Assembly (NCBI GenBank): GCA_965372795.1
Contig: CBDVDR010000002.1
Coordinates: 1 to 64,000 of the forward strand
Direction: 5' to 3'
Length of the DNA stretch: 64,000 nt
DNA from: an uncultured bacterium
GTDB taxonomy: Bacteria > Zixibacteria > MSB-5A5 > GN15 > FEB-12
Positions 33,401-40,990 of this stretch are shown one piece after another. The notes under the pieces are model-generated. The model saw only the letters and a program-made list of their open reading frames with translations. It searched no databases and was not told where the DNA came from. Made by a program: the position numbers and the translations under genes. Position 1 is the stretch's first letter, and each line of letters opens with the position of its first letter.

Positions 33401-33600
33401 CTAGGAGACGGGTTGCCATAGGATCCATCAGAACTCATTACTGTTGAACCTGTAATATCTGTATGAACCCAATCTGTGGTGCCACTGTTAAAATCACCGT
33501 TGGAAATTACATCTGCTGCATTAACAGTTGTAACTCCAACTAAAACAGAAACTAAGAACAGTGCTAATAGTACTTTAATATTTTTAAACGACTTCATCAT
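24484..33600 (-). CDS. Giant (3038 aa) secreted multiheme cytochrome c with CBM-like N-domain and 18 Ig-like repeats
   Basis: Signal peptide; jelly-roll-like domain (ISNGDF...WDNVVL); 5 repeats of 96 aa; 13 repeats of ~128 aa; C-terminal ~690 aa with 11 CxxCH plus CX6CH, CX3CH, CXCH and CX4CKVH. Confidence 0.92.
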   Translation of the reverse strand: MMKSFKNIKVLLALFLVSVLVGVTTVNAADVISNGDFNSGTTDWVHTDITGSTVMSSDGSYGNPSPSLKDLSGTGKKTPFEWYDAQSITTVINSTDDVFLSLWWQKISFASIAQDATDIEVRIVKPSSAEVTIWSETSTPSAPAVPITGTVSLLDVSSFFDENGIYEIRLYANVQTGNNNSAQIQINWDNVVLDAQPVVANDPPVVTDIPNQSIAEGSSFTTINLDNYVSDPNHTDAEMNWTYTGNTELTVDITSRVATITIPDTDWNGNETITFRATDPGSLWDEDAATFTVTAENDPPVVTNIPNQTILEGQTFTTITLDDYVSDVDNSDAEMTWSYTGNTELTVDITSRVATITIPDIEWSGVEVITFRATDPGSLWDEDPATFTVTIQNDPPIVTNIPNQSVPEGSSFTTINLDDYVSDVDNIDADMTWSYSGNTELTVDITGRVATITIPDTDWNGNETITFRATDPGSLWDEDPATFTVTAQNDPPIVTNIPNQSVPEGSSFTTITLDDYVSDVDNSDAEMTWSYTGNTELTVDITSRVATITIPDINWNGNETITFRATDPGSLWDEDAATFTVTAQNDPPIVTDIPNQSVPEGSSFTTITLDDYVSDVDNTETEMIWSYTGNTELTVDITSRVATITIPDINWNGNETITFRATDPGSLWDEDAATFTVTALNDPPVISASATTVSPASVNAFGSNTTVISADFSDVDEPGVGAFSVSFKIREADLTEYTLVNNESNGGGGLTIIDNGGGSYTANYTYNPDDAQNIDDYDLYCEVFDGADNAIDGYASNDNELTITYTAPAVAPVIVTGATAVTVSPVARKGTQTTTTTIYTDFTDANQHAVSAFTVTMIVREPDNSTDVVLVSNETHGGGGLTITDYGGGSYRAEYTWNPANNETIGLYDLHFEVNDGSFTSIDDSTDNLDELEVVDQLSNNFPTVTGGATQVNPVDVNRYGANTTTISTQFTDTDIPGVSAFFCTFKIREPNNSTELILVNNLQNGVGGLTISDGGGGSYTASYTYNPDDAQTEGLYDLYFEVSDGTDNGIDPYASNDNELTISETIPNAVPTVVASATTVAPASVNAYGSNTTIISTDFTDTDDPGVSAFNVTFKIQEADLTEYTLVNNQPNGGGGLTIVDNGGGSYTANYTYNPDDAQNIGAYDLYFEVTDGSDNAIDGYASNDNELTITYTVPSVAPTVVAGATQVSAASINRIGVNTTVISALFTDTDIPGVGAFNCTFKIKDNVEAEYTLVNNQPNGGGGLTITDLTGGDYRADYTYDPGDAQTIGLYDLYFEVSDGGGSDNDAYTNNNNEFTITTQSAPTVTAGATSSSKGQVNRFGSENTIISTDFFDVDDPGVGAFSVTFKIRDNVSTEYTLVNNQSNGGGGLTITSGGGGNYTASYTYNPDDAQTTGLYDMYFEVSDGTDNVIDNYASNDNEFEIVDVLPNNPPTVVANATQVTPSTVNRAGTNTTVISTVFSDSDVPGVGAFFVTFKIRETNSTEYFLVNNQSNGGGGLTITDLGSGDYRADYTYDPSGSQVLDVYDLYFEVSDGTDNVIDGYPNNPNELTIFQQNAPTVVSDATTVSPASINRFGVNTTTISTDFTDIDEPAVSSFTVTFKVQEPDNSTEVILVNGLTNGNGGLTIIDNSGGSYTASYTWDPGDAQALGLYDLYFEVSDGADNVIDGYSPNSDELTITETIPNNVPSIVASATQVSPTTANIYGANTTVISTDFTDTDQPGVSAFLVYFKIREADLTEYTLVNNQPNGGGGLTIIDNGGGSFTASYTYNPDDAQNIGVYDLYFEVSDGTDNAIDGYAANPDELTLNEVIPAAAPTIASSSTQISITPVNRIGAVTTTISGDFSDINEHSNTAFFITIKIREPNDLTELTLVNNLQHGAGGLTVTDNGGGSYTAQYTYNPDDAQTLGLYDLYLEVDDGTGTTNAIDGYNLNINELLINEVLSNNTPIVTSGNTSVSPTSLARAGAATTTLSTVFNDADDPGVNGFYITFKVMALYDQELITIADGLQDGQGGLSITAGSGDSYTASIDWDPPEYAITGTYDLEFLVYDGIDSVGDIFANNSDELTITTAGDNLPPVVPSDGTFSSPIAVERVGTNPVTISANFSDGDSPAVSVFSVTFKIKDSTDTEIVLADNLGHGQGGVTIVDQGGGVYTAAINWEPPDGQTLGPYDLYFHVIEGTDTSFDGYQNNWDELEIYDAISNNSPTLTADNTEAIPNSINRIGSDFTMIKGTFTDIDLPGKGGFLITMKVRDAGSTEYTLVNNARHGEQDLRVRHVSGGIYEASVLWKVPDGQTTGDYDLYFFVDDEKGGTITDDYTANSNELTVTSSAILGDGNLLHRTNNSENCGGPNSACHNLPNHNTQTCITCHTPHGSANIYLIREIIATPNDGDQPVLFKTLGEGDPFNSPDPTAGSDTHGAMADRTNAVYTEICEVCHTTTKYFRNDGTQPSDHNHDVEDCRAACHTHADGFSPGAGGEPSGGDGCGCHSSIYNPMNSSTSTYHHQINSDNADYTLSSKTCLMCHVHHDIFRDDVNTGVGATRAANLRISANTSVTQGDGSVFLNSDYTSSGDGGICLSCHTSAQTKSYTQPDGTTETMIVPKSDFDASSAHNYNAPSSTFSDGSSFNANCVKCHNDNLSKSFNEFGLHDSPYRRILSDSTVSSPADPLEEKFCLTCHSSGDIYGVQTMTSTSTNIGVAFSRTYTHPTGTYSGRHSADETAANLGDGNRHAECEDCHNPHAAQEGTHDGSSNLVSGALKGVWGVEPTWPSVPVPTDNANVFAAPVSFTKVDPATKEYQICMKCHSNYVTLPGGSRNLAEEINPDYPSSHAIVRAGDNPFCDGTTMNEPWATSKINYCSDCHRSDTSTDPEGPHGSNTDHLLVATIVSNSTVGTPLCDVCHLASVYWEGSGAPSDYDDHPGTQGQHKQGPGCFSCHMWDHSNTAGLGLPTDDWPGGYDNTASLAPPIKIWIHGQNRKWVYNEQDGSTGNQQPVENFVNGFLSQVDFGANRCWTETCKVHSNKAY
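26563..31560 (-). repeat. 13 tandem ~128-aa beta-sandwich-like repeats in the giant cytochrome
   Basis: Consensus PTV...T.VSP..VNR.G.NTT.IS..F.D.D.PGV.AF.VTFKIRE...TE.TLVNN..NGGGGLTI.D.GGG.Y.A.YTYNPDDAQ..G.YDLYFEVSDG.DN.ID.Y..N..ELTI, counted 13 times. Confidence 0.9.
31561..33000 (-). repeat. 5 tandem 288-bp (96-aa) cadherin-like/tandem-95-type repeats
   Basis: NDPP.VT.IPNQS..EG..FTTI.LD.YVSD.DN...EM.W.YTGNTELTVDITSRVATITIPD..W.G.E.ITFRATDPGSLWDED.ATFTVTA five times; 1440 nt = 5 x 288. Confidence 0.92.
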
Positions 33601-33618
33601 ATCCTTATGATACCCTAT

Positions 33619-34317
33619 TTAGTCAGTTGTTCCGGAATTAGAATCTTTATTATGTACCCCATGGCAACTGGTGCATCGAACTTCATCACCAGCCCCTAAA
33701 ATAAAATCATTAGTTGTATTACCATCTGAAGGCTGCGGATTACCATCAACATCCAAAGGCGGATTATGATATGTCTCTGTTGCCGGAAGAGCTTGACCAA
33801 TTGGATGAGATAAATCTGAGCCTGTATAAGTTTTAACCGAGGACATATTACGAGGAGCGTGGCAATCAAGGCAAAGCTGATCGGCAGAGTTATCCATTCG
33901 TAAAAAAGGAGGATTCGAATTATCATGGGGATTATGGCAGGTGCCACAGGTAACTCGTCCTTCAACAGTTAAATGAGCAAGCAAAGTCGTACTGGTCGGG
34001 GTAGTAGCACCCAAAGTTGCATTGGCGGTGTCAACATCCCAGGCATGAGAAGTTCCGGATACTCCCGGTTGAGCTTTCAAAGATGATGACAAATATTTTG
34101 ACATCCCGGACCAGCCACCCGGAGTATGACAGGATATACAAAGGGTTGAGACCAGCGAGTCAGTGGAATTTATTAAAATATCACCCAAAGTAGAATGAGT
34201 AATATGACATTGATCACAGTTGATGCTGTTTGTTGTACCATGGGGGTCATCTAAGGCATTTGCCCGGACAACCAACAAAAGCAATAAAACTATGAGTATC
34301 CTTGATACTTTCATCAT
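33619..34317 (-). CDS. Pentaheme cytochrome c
   Basis: Signal peptide; CDQCH, CISCH, CGTCH, CLDCH, CTSCH. Confidence 0.92.
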   Translation of the reverse strand: MMKVSRILIVLLLLLVVRANALDDPHGTTNSINCDQCHITHSTLGDILINSTDSLVSTLCISCHTPGGWSGMSKYLSSSLKAQPGVSGTSHAWDVDTANATLGATTPTSTTLLAHLTVEGRVTCGTCHNPHDNSNPPFLRMDNSADQLCLDCHAPRNMSSVKTYTGSDLSHPIGQALPATETYHNPPLDVDGNPQPSDGNTTNDFILGAGDEVRCTSCHGVHNKDSNSGTTD

Positions 34318-34325
34318 AAAACCTA

Positions 34326-35861
34326 CTATTTAATTAAAACCATTTTCTTGGACTGAACAAATTCTTCGGTTGATATCCGGTAAAAATAGATACCGGTTGC
34401 TACCGAGGCACCACTTTTATTGGTTCCGTCCCAGTTTATAAAATGATTACCCGCCGGCAATACTTTATCATTCAAATCAATTATCTTTTGACCTAATAAA
34501 TTGAATACTTCAAGCTTAACCTGTTGTTGATCAGGAATTGAAAACGAAATCGTTGTTGTAGGATTAAAAGGATTAGGGTAATTCTGGTCAAGTCTGAATT
34601 CATAGGGGAGGGTAGTCGTTTTGAAATTTCTCATCGCCGACCATTGTCCGGTTGAATCTTTAAACCTAAGTCTGGTACGCCATTCATAATAAGAATCATT
34701 ATCGAGGGTATCGTTAATTAACCACTCAGAAGTAAAAGTAAGATCAGTTGTTATCGTGTCAAATACAACCTCAGGCTTTACAGCTGATACTTCTAAAACA
34801 GCATCATCGCTTTCTGTAGTCTCCTGAAAAAATAATTGGAAATCAAAACCTAAAACAGGTTCTGTGTCTGCTGTTGTTTCAGTAGATGCCACTAATTTAA
34901 CATCAGTGACTCCAATTGTATCAGATGGATTTGGGTATACTTGGATTGCCATTATCGAATTTGTGCTTGTTACAAAATCTGTAAGATAAAAGGCTTTTAT
35001 ATTGGCACCCTCGGTTGAGACTACGTAAAGCAAACCGTTTTCATCAATTGCCAGACCGGATGGAATATTAAAATTAATCCGACTGCCATCTATTAAATCA
35101 ATGTTTCCCATAAAATTGCCATTTGGATCATATACCACAATCTTATTCTGGTATCGGTCTGCTACAAAAACCGCGCCGGCAGGACTAAATAAAATATCTC
35201 CACCACGGGTGATCTGTCCTTCAGATGCTCCGAATGAACCGAAACTCTTCTGGAATTCACTTTTTGAATTTATTATCCAGACCTTTGATGTTATCTGGTC
35301 GAATATGTAGAAATTATTAGTCGCAGGATCAATTGTAAAACTTGAAGCAAAATTCGGTGGCTCGTTTTTCATGTCTAAAAGCTGGATCGTACCTTGAAAC
35401 TCGCCGGATAAACTGAACTTTACAATTTTGTTAGTTCCAGCATCTAAGATATATAGATGATCATCACTTTTAACAATATCAACCGGATTTTTAAAAGTAT
35501 AACTATTAAAAAAGAAATCGTATTCTTCAATCTGGGTGAAATCTATCGCAGTAATCTGTCGTTTCTCTCTATCACAATACAAATATAAAAGATTGGTAAC
35601 TTCTGTGAGTGAATTCGCTTCACCGGTGAAATTTACCTGTCGTTCAATCACACCGTTTGTGGAGAAAATTTTAATCTGTCTTGAAAATGGCTCAAGGACT
35701 GTTATCTTGTCATTGGAAACTGTAATAGATGATGGCGCAAACAGGGAATTGTCTATTGTCCCGGCAAGCTTGACATCAAAAGCAATTGTCCCAAGTCCTG
35801 TAATAGCAACGAGTATTAGTGCTTTAAATAGGATGTTAATATTGATTTTCATATTACTCAA
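34326..35861 (-). CDS. NHL beta-propeller protein with FN3-like region and QNYPNPFN/FlgD C-terminal domain
   Basis: NHL blades (FGSFGASEGQ, PSGLAIDENGLLYV); YEWRTRL...GQWS; RLDQNYPNPFNP...KKMVLIK. Confidence 0.85.
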   Translation of the reverse strand: MSNMKININILFKALILVAITGLGTIAFDVKLAGTIDNSLFAPSSITVSNDKITVLEPFSRQIKIFSTNGVIERQVNFTGEANSLTEVTNLLYLYCDREKRQITAIDFTQIEEYDFFFNSYTFKNPVDIVKSDDHLYILDAGTNKIVKFSLSGEFQGTIQLLDMKNEPPNFASSFTIDPATNNFYIFDQITSKVWIINSKSEFQKSFGSFGASEGQITRGGDILFSPAGAVFVADRYQNKIVVYDPNGNFMGNIDLIDGSRINFNIPSGLAIDENGLLYVVSTEGANIKAFYLTDFVTSTNSIMAIQVYPNPSDTIGVTDVKLVASTETTADTEPVLGFDFQLFFQETTESDDAVLEVSAVKPEVVFDTITTDLTFTSEWLINDTLDNDSYYEWRTRLRFKDSTGQWSAMRNFKTTTLPYEFRLDQNYPNPFNPTTTISFSIPDQQQVKLEVFNLLGQKIIDLNDKVLPAGNHFINWDGTNKSGASVATGIYFYRISTEEFVQSKKMVLIK

Positions 35862-36006
35862 AGTTATAATAACTCCACAAATATCAAAGTGCTTTTTGAT
35901 TAAAAACTACAAAGAATAAGCTATTTCTAATCAAAAAGAGACTATACATTTTCAACTTAATCCTCTTTGCCTAACAAAAATACCGTACTTCTCAACCCCT
36001 TTAACT

Positions 36007-36043
36007 TTGTGAAAAAGATAACAAGGTGGACATGAAAAGTCAA
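36007..36043 (-). promoter_or_regulatory. Sigma70 promoter with overlapping Rex-like operator
   Basis: Minus strand TTGACT-N17-TATCTT with TGn extension. Box TTGTGAAAAAGATAACAA (36007-36024) covers the -10. Confidence 0.65.
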
Positions 36044-36381
36044 GTATATTCTAATACATGAAATATCATTATATGAGAGATATCGGCATTATAGAGGTTT
36101 GAATTACATCCAAATTTAAATATATATTTTTTTAAGAAAAAGCCTTATAACATCCTGAAATTACTTTTAACTTTAAAAAAATATTTTATAAATTAATAAA
36201 ATATGCTAAATTTACGTGTAAAACTGATTTAGAAATATAAATTGATCCCGAATTGTCATCTTTTAATTGACGATAGATGAACCTATTGCAATATAACAAG
36301 TTACTGCAAGGAAGTAATTGCGATATTTGTTTAATTATGTATACTATGAGTAAATGGGAAATATAGGTTGGTTAAGTTTTA

Positions 36382-37404
36382 GTGAAATATTTTTTAATAC
36401 TGATATTGGTTATTTTATCAACTGCGGTTGTATCAGCTCAGACAGACTCCGCATTAGTCAGGATTCGAACCGATACCGATAGTACTAAAATCCAGATAAA
36501 TAATCAAGATGTCTTAGAAGATTCTTATGGAAACACTCTTGTTAAGAATTCCTGGTTTATTCTAAATTTACCGATTGAGACTTATAATTTAAAAATTACA
36601 TCATTAAACTATAACCCAATAGACTCAACCATTACTCTTATAAAGGGAGAGATCTATACTTTTGACATTAAGTTTAAAGAAATAATATATGAAGATACTA
36701 CGGACTATTATGAAAGTTTAACTGAGGACTTTGAAGTTGTTAAATTAGTTGTTCAATCAGAACCGGATAGCTGTTCATTTGTCATTGAACAAAACACAAT
36801 TGAAAAATCAACACCTTTTGAATTATTTTTTAGACCGGGTGAATATTCTTTTCTTGCAACTAAAGAAGGCTATGAACCTTTAAAATCTACGATAAAAATT
36901 GAACAAAAGATTCCCCTGCTTGCCAATTTCATTCTCCGGGATTTTAAACCTGAAGAAATTATGCCTGAATCGTTAGGTCTTAACTACATGTCTCAGCTGC
37001 CATTACTTAATGCTAAATCAGCCGATAATATTAAAGTTAAATATAACTCCTTAGCTGAATCCTTTGCCATTTTCCCGATGGCGCAGGGGATACTGGCAAG
37101 AATTGTCGTAGATAAATCTCAATATCGAATAGCTGAAACATTGATTATTTCCGGTGTGGGGCTAACTTTGGGCTCTTATTTTCTGGGTAAGTTTTTATAT
37201 AAAAAGAAAAAACAATATATTATTGATGAAAATATACGCAGAGAATCAGATAACGCTATGGCGGACGAAAATAATAGGCAAGTTGACATGCAAGTAAATG
37301 ATGAAAATATTGCCCGTTTAAAAGCTTGGCAGAGAAAGAACCGGAATAAGGGCCAAGTAGTAATTGAAACCGACTATTCTGAACCAGCCTTAGGAATTCA
37401 ATAG
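36382..37404 (+). CDS. PEGA-domain secreted/membrane protein
   Basis: Signal peptide; PEGA-like LVVQSEPD...STPF...GEY....KEGYEP; C-terminal hydrophobic segments. Confidence 0.7.
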   Translation: MKYFLILILVILSTAVVSAQTDSALVRIRTDTDSTKIQINNQDVLEDSYGNTLVKNSWFILNLPIETYNLKITSLNYNPIDSTITLIKGEIYTFDIKFKEIIYEDTTDYYESLTEDFEVVKLVVQSEPDSCSFVIEQNTIEKSTPFELFFRPGEYSFLATKEGYEPLKSTIKIEQKIPLLANFILRDFKPEEIMPESLGLNYMSQLPLLNAKSADNIKVKYNSLAESFAIFPMAQGILARIVVDKSQYRIAETLIISGVGLTLGSYFLGKFLYKKKKQYIIDENIRRESDNAMADENNRQVDMQVNDENIARLKAWQRKNRNKGQVVIETDYSEPALGIQ

Positions 37405-37652
37405 TAAAATTTATCTGATTATCTCTTTGATTAATTTCATTGTAAAGCTTCTCTTGAATTTCAAATAAATACTAAAACGGTGTTATTTCCTGACTGGGTA
37501 AAGGCTGTTTATCTGTTGGATTTTTATACATATAGTCTTATATCCTTTATTAATATATCAAATTATCTCAACTAATATTACAAATACCCGAAAAAATCAT
37601 TAGTTAATGAATTTATTAAATGAATTGATAATCAATCAACAAAGGAGTTACG

Positions 37653-38219
37653 ATGCGTAAACCATTATCATCAACAATCTTAGTAGTAATTATGGTTCTG
37701 TTGGCCGCGGGTACTATCTGGTCTGCAGCAGATTTAAATACTGAATATTTGATGAAGGTCGGTGATTATTTTGAAGTAAGCTATGATGATGTCGATGCTA
37801 TTGCCTCGGGCAATATTGCCATTGAAGAAGTTCCAACGGTATTTTTTATGGCTCAACTTTCCGATAAATCACCAGAATATGTTCTTAATGCCTATGAAAT
37901 TAGTAATAGCTGGGCTTCATATATGACTTTTCATAGAATTCATCCATCTGAAGTAATGGTTAAAATTTACAATTTTAACACTCCTGAGTGTAAGGCTGTT
38001 AAAAGCAAAATTAAAAATAGACCTCTTAAATCAGTCAAATTTGATAACCAGGATATAAATCTTATGGTTAATTGTAGAATGATTGCTGAAACAAAGAATA
38101 TTGAATATTCAGAAGTTATAAATAAGAGAAATAATATTCAAGGAAATACAACTTCATTTGTAGAAATTAATCATATGTCTATTGATCAAAGTGAACTTGC
38201 AACATCAGATTCAAAATAA
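37653..38219 (+). CDS. Hypothetical secreted protein
   Basis: AAGGAG SD, signal peptide, 188 aa, followed by a terminator. Confidence 0.7.
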   Translation: MRKPLSSTILVVIMVLLAAGTIWSAADLNTEYLMKVGDYFEVSYDDVDAIASGNIAIEEVPTVFFMAQLSDKSPEYVLNAYEISNSWASYMTFHRIHPSEVMVKIYNFNTPECKAVKSKIKNRPLKSVKFDNQDINLMVNCRMIAETKNIEYSEVINKRNNIQGNTTSFVEINHMSIDQSELATSDSK

Positions 38220-38235
38220 GAAATCTACATATTTC

Positions 38236-38267
38236 AAAAAGCCATCTCAAACAGGTGGCTTTTTTTT
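38236..38267 (+). terminator. Intrinsic terminator
   Basis: AAAAAGCCATCT-CAAAC-AGGTGGC followed by a T run. Confidence 0.8.
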
Positions 38268-38439
38268 ATAACTAAAATAACCTCTTTTTTAACCCCCCAA
38301 AAAAATACCCTTATAAACCAAGTCTTTATGTAATAAGTATAGGATACATCCTACACTCCTTGGATTATATCTATTCGGCAAAATCAGATTGAAAATTGGG
38401 TATATGTTGTGGCACAATGAATTACACAAATCGCAGCAA

Positions 38440-38455
38440 TGGCACATCCTTTGCT
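38440..38455 (+). promoter_or_regulatory. Sigma54 (-24/-12) promoter for cytochrome 38544..39137
   Basis: TGGCACATCCTTTGCT matches TGGCAC-N5-TTGCW exactly, about 90 nt upstream of the ATG. Confidence 0.75.
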
Positions 38456-38543
38456 TTTTTGAATACTGAAACATAAAATATTTCGGATTAAATTGTAGAA
38501 TTTATGCGAAATCAACGTAGAATAGATAGCTTGTGAGGGCTGC

Positions 38544-39137
38544 ATGAAAACTTTTGTGAAAATATTGGTGCCGTTAGTTGTATTATCGTTGTTGATCTTA
38601 CATACAATAGCTATTAGTTCAATTGGAATAAAGAGTATTCCTATGAATTCCAATGATGTCATTATTGACTGTGAAAACTGCCATAATGAGATAATAACTT
38701 CAGTAAATTCTCATTTTATTGAATCATCAAATGATTGTCAATTCTGCCATATAGTTAATACTAACACAACCGATCATCAGATTTTATCAATCACGGATAA
38801 TGACGTTTGCGTTGCCTGTCATGTTGAGCAGAGTGAAATGAATTCAAGTGATGTGCACAGTTCTGTGTATTGTATGGATTGTCATGATCCTCATGGATCT
38901 AATGAAGATTATATGTTCACAAAAAATGTTGTTCAACTTTGTAGTGAGAATTGCCATACTAAAGAAGAACAAGGAAACTCACATGCCGTTGGCGGTGATC
39001 TTATTGATGAAAGAACCGGACAACAATTAACTTGTATCTCAACTTGTCATAATCTACATAGTCCTAAAGAAGATAAATTACTTCAATACACGGTAACAAA
39101 TGTTTGTTACGAATGTCATCAGGAAATGTATGAATAG
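38544..39137 (+). CDS. Small multiheme cytochrome c (5 CxxCH + 2 CX3CH)
   Basis: N-terminal hydrophobic segment; CENCH, CQFCH, CVACH, CMDCH, CYECH, CSENCH, CISTCH. Confidence 0.9.
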   Translation: MKTFVKILVPLVVLSLLILHTIAISSIGIKSIPMNSNDVIIDCENCHNEIITSVNSHFIESSNDCQFCHIVNTNTTDHQILSITDNDVCVACHVEQSEMNSSDVHSSVYCMDCHDPHGSNEDYMFTKNVVQLCSENCHTKEEQGNSHAVGGDLIDERTGQQLTCISTCHNLHSPKEDKLLQYTVTNVCYECHQEMYE

Positions 39138-39160
39138 TAGAGTTGATTATTAAAATCAGT

Positions 39161-39212
39161 AAAAAAGCAGTGCTATTGTTTTAGATTAGTAAACAATAGT
39201 ACTGCTTTTTTT
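39161..39212. terminator. Bidirectional terminator between convergent cytochrome genes
   Basis: AAAAAAGCAGTGCTATTGTTT-N9-AAACAATAGTACTGCTTTTTT. Confidence 0.8.
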
Positions 39213-39254
39213 ATTTTAAGAATTTATATAAATTATAAACTGTCAAATAGTAAA

Positions 39255-40319
39255 CTATTTTACGTATTTCCCCGGGCTATGTGAATAATTATGACAGGTT
39301 AAATAACATTCACCCGCATTTGTACCGGTTGAGTTAAATTGAATTTTACGAGTGACATCATCCAAAGAAACAGCTTCGGGATTAAAATTTATTAAATACT
39401 TATTTTTCTCAGAACTATGAGAAGCATGACAGGTAAAGCAAGAGGTTCCTTTGCGGTTTTTTATCGGATCACCTACTATATGTTCTTTATGGAGCGGAAA
39501 ACTTGCATTTGAAAGGATACTTGTTCTGCTGTGACAGGAATAACAAAACTCATAAGCATAATTATTTTCGTTGTTATATACGTCCGTATCATAGTTTCCG
39601 GTTAGTAAATGCTTATGTTTGGAACCATGAGGTCCTTTGGGACCATCTTTATCATCATTACTGTGGCAATCGGAGCATTTCATGCTATTGTCAAAGTCTA
39701 AAGATAACTTAAGACTGGCTGATTTATTGTTTGAAATAGCTGTTGTAACCGGATGCTGAGACTGGTTTCTTAACGCAAAAACTTGTGAATAGTTTTTTGA
39801 TCTGCTCTTGATATTAACACTTGTGCCGTGGCATTTTAAACAAACCTCAAATTCCTTTGATGATTTTGTAATATATTGATTGGACAAGCTATAACCTTGA
39901 ACATCATAAGTTTTCTCACCAGTTGTAATTCGTTGATGAGGATTATGACAATCAACACATTCGGCATGATTAATCATTGATGAAGAAAGCCCTGGTAATC
40001 TTTCAGAAGATGAATGGCCGGAACCTCTTTTAACCGGATGGCGATAAAGTTTATTGAATTCCTTTTCCAAATCTGCAAGATCAGCTTGTTGAGCCAATTT
40101 CCCCGATGATTTCATTGAGGCGCGTTTACTGTCTGAACCATGACATTGGTAGCAAGCTTTCTCTTCCGGATGAGTTAACATCGGCTCACCCTTTAACCCA
40201 TGACCAACATGACAGGAACCGCACTCTTCGGGAAGGAGGTAATTGTCAACATGTGCCAATAAACTGCCTATTGATAAAAAGGCGAGGGTGAAAGTTAATA
40301 TGTATATTATTTTTTTCAT
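39255..40319 (-). CDS. Multiheme cytochrome c (7 CxxCH + 1 CX3CH)
   Basis: Signal peptide; CGSCH, CYQCH, CVDCH, CLKCH, CSDCH, CYSCH, CFTCH, CYLTCH. Confidence 0.92.
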   Translation of the reverse strand: MKKIIYILTFTLAFLSIGSLLAHVDNYLLPEECGSCHVGHGLKGEPMLTHPEEKACYQCHGSDSKRASMKSSGKLAQQADLADLEKEFNKLYRHPVKRGSGHSSSERLPGLSSSMINHAECVDCHNPHQRITTGEKTYDVQGYSLSNQYITKSSKEFEVCLKCHGTSVNIKSRSKNYSQVFALRNQSQHPVTTAISNNKSASLKLSLDFDNSMKCSDCHSNDDKDGPKGPHGSKHKHLLTGNYDTDVYNNENNYAYEFCYSCHSRTSILSNASFPLHKEHIVGDPIKNRKGTSCFTCHASHSSEKNKYLINFNPEAVSLDDVTRKIQFNSTGTNAGECYLTCHNYSHSPGKYVK

Positions 40320-40327
40320 CTCTTTTC

Positions 40328-40990
40328 CTAAAACTTATGGCATGTTTTACAGACTTCACTGAATGTTGCTTTTCGCCAAAAAGGATATTTTGCTGATTTG
40401 GAATCATCATGAGGGTCGTGGCAGGAGGTGCACTGGACATAACCGTTATAGTCAACCCCAACTGATTTATTACCACTCGGTAATGGCCACTTAAGATGAC
40501 TGCTCGATAAAGCAACCTTCTGATCAAACTTAACTGACACTGGATGAGTCCCGGTCAGATCAGTTCCGATATGACCTTTACTTGTTACAGGGATTTCACC
40601 TGAGGAACCGACGTTATTCATAGGTATTGAAGTTGCTCGGTTGTGGATTGCACCAACAGCAATAGTGCCATCATGACAGGAAAGACACAATTTTGTTGAA
40701 CCATTCGGCTGTTCGGCTCTGCTTTTCATGGTTGATCGTTTATAGGTTTGGAATTTCCCCGTAGTTGTTGTTTTGTGATTCCAGAGAGGACCTTCTGTAG
40801 ATGCGTTATGACTGCTGTGGCAGAAAATACAAATACGAGTCTCGGTTGGTGACTTTATATCACCTTTGCCGGAGACTGATAAATTGTGTCGACTATCTTT
40901 AATTGCACCACTACCTTCAGAACTATTAGATGTCTCTGACACCAATAGGAATGAAAAAAGAAGGAGTAATATAACTAACTTAATCCTCAT
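40328..40990 (-). CDS. OmcE-like tetraheme cytochrome c
   Basis: IKDSRHNLS...ICIFCHSSHNA...PLWN...LCLSCHDG...IGTDLTGTHPV...CTSCHDPHD...PF.R...CKTCH. This follows the motif layout of Geobacter OmcE as I recall it. Confidence 0.85.
   Translation of the reverse strand: MRIKLVILLLLFSFLLVSETSNSSEGSGAIKDSRHNLSVSGKGDIKSPTETRICIFCHSSHNASTEGPLWNHKTTTTGKFQTYKRSTMKSRAEQPNGSTKLCLSCHDGTIAVGAIHNRATSIPMNNVGSSGEIPVTSKGHIGTDLTGTHPVSVKFDQKVALSSSHLKWPLPSGNKSVGVDYNGYVQCTSCHDPHDDSKSAKYPFWRKATFSEVCKTCHKF

Noticed and set aside
24660..33965. Short overlapping ORFs within the giant cytochrome and pentaheme genes
   Set aside because: Antisense or alternate-frame by-products of repetitive coding sequence, with no recognisable motifs.
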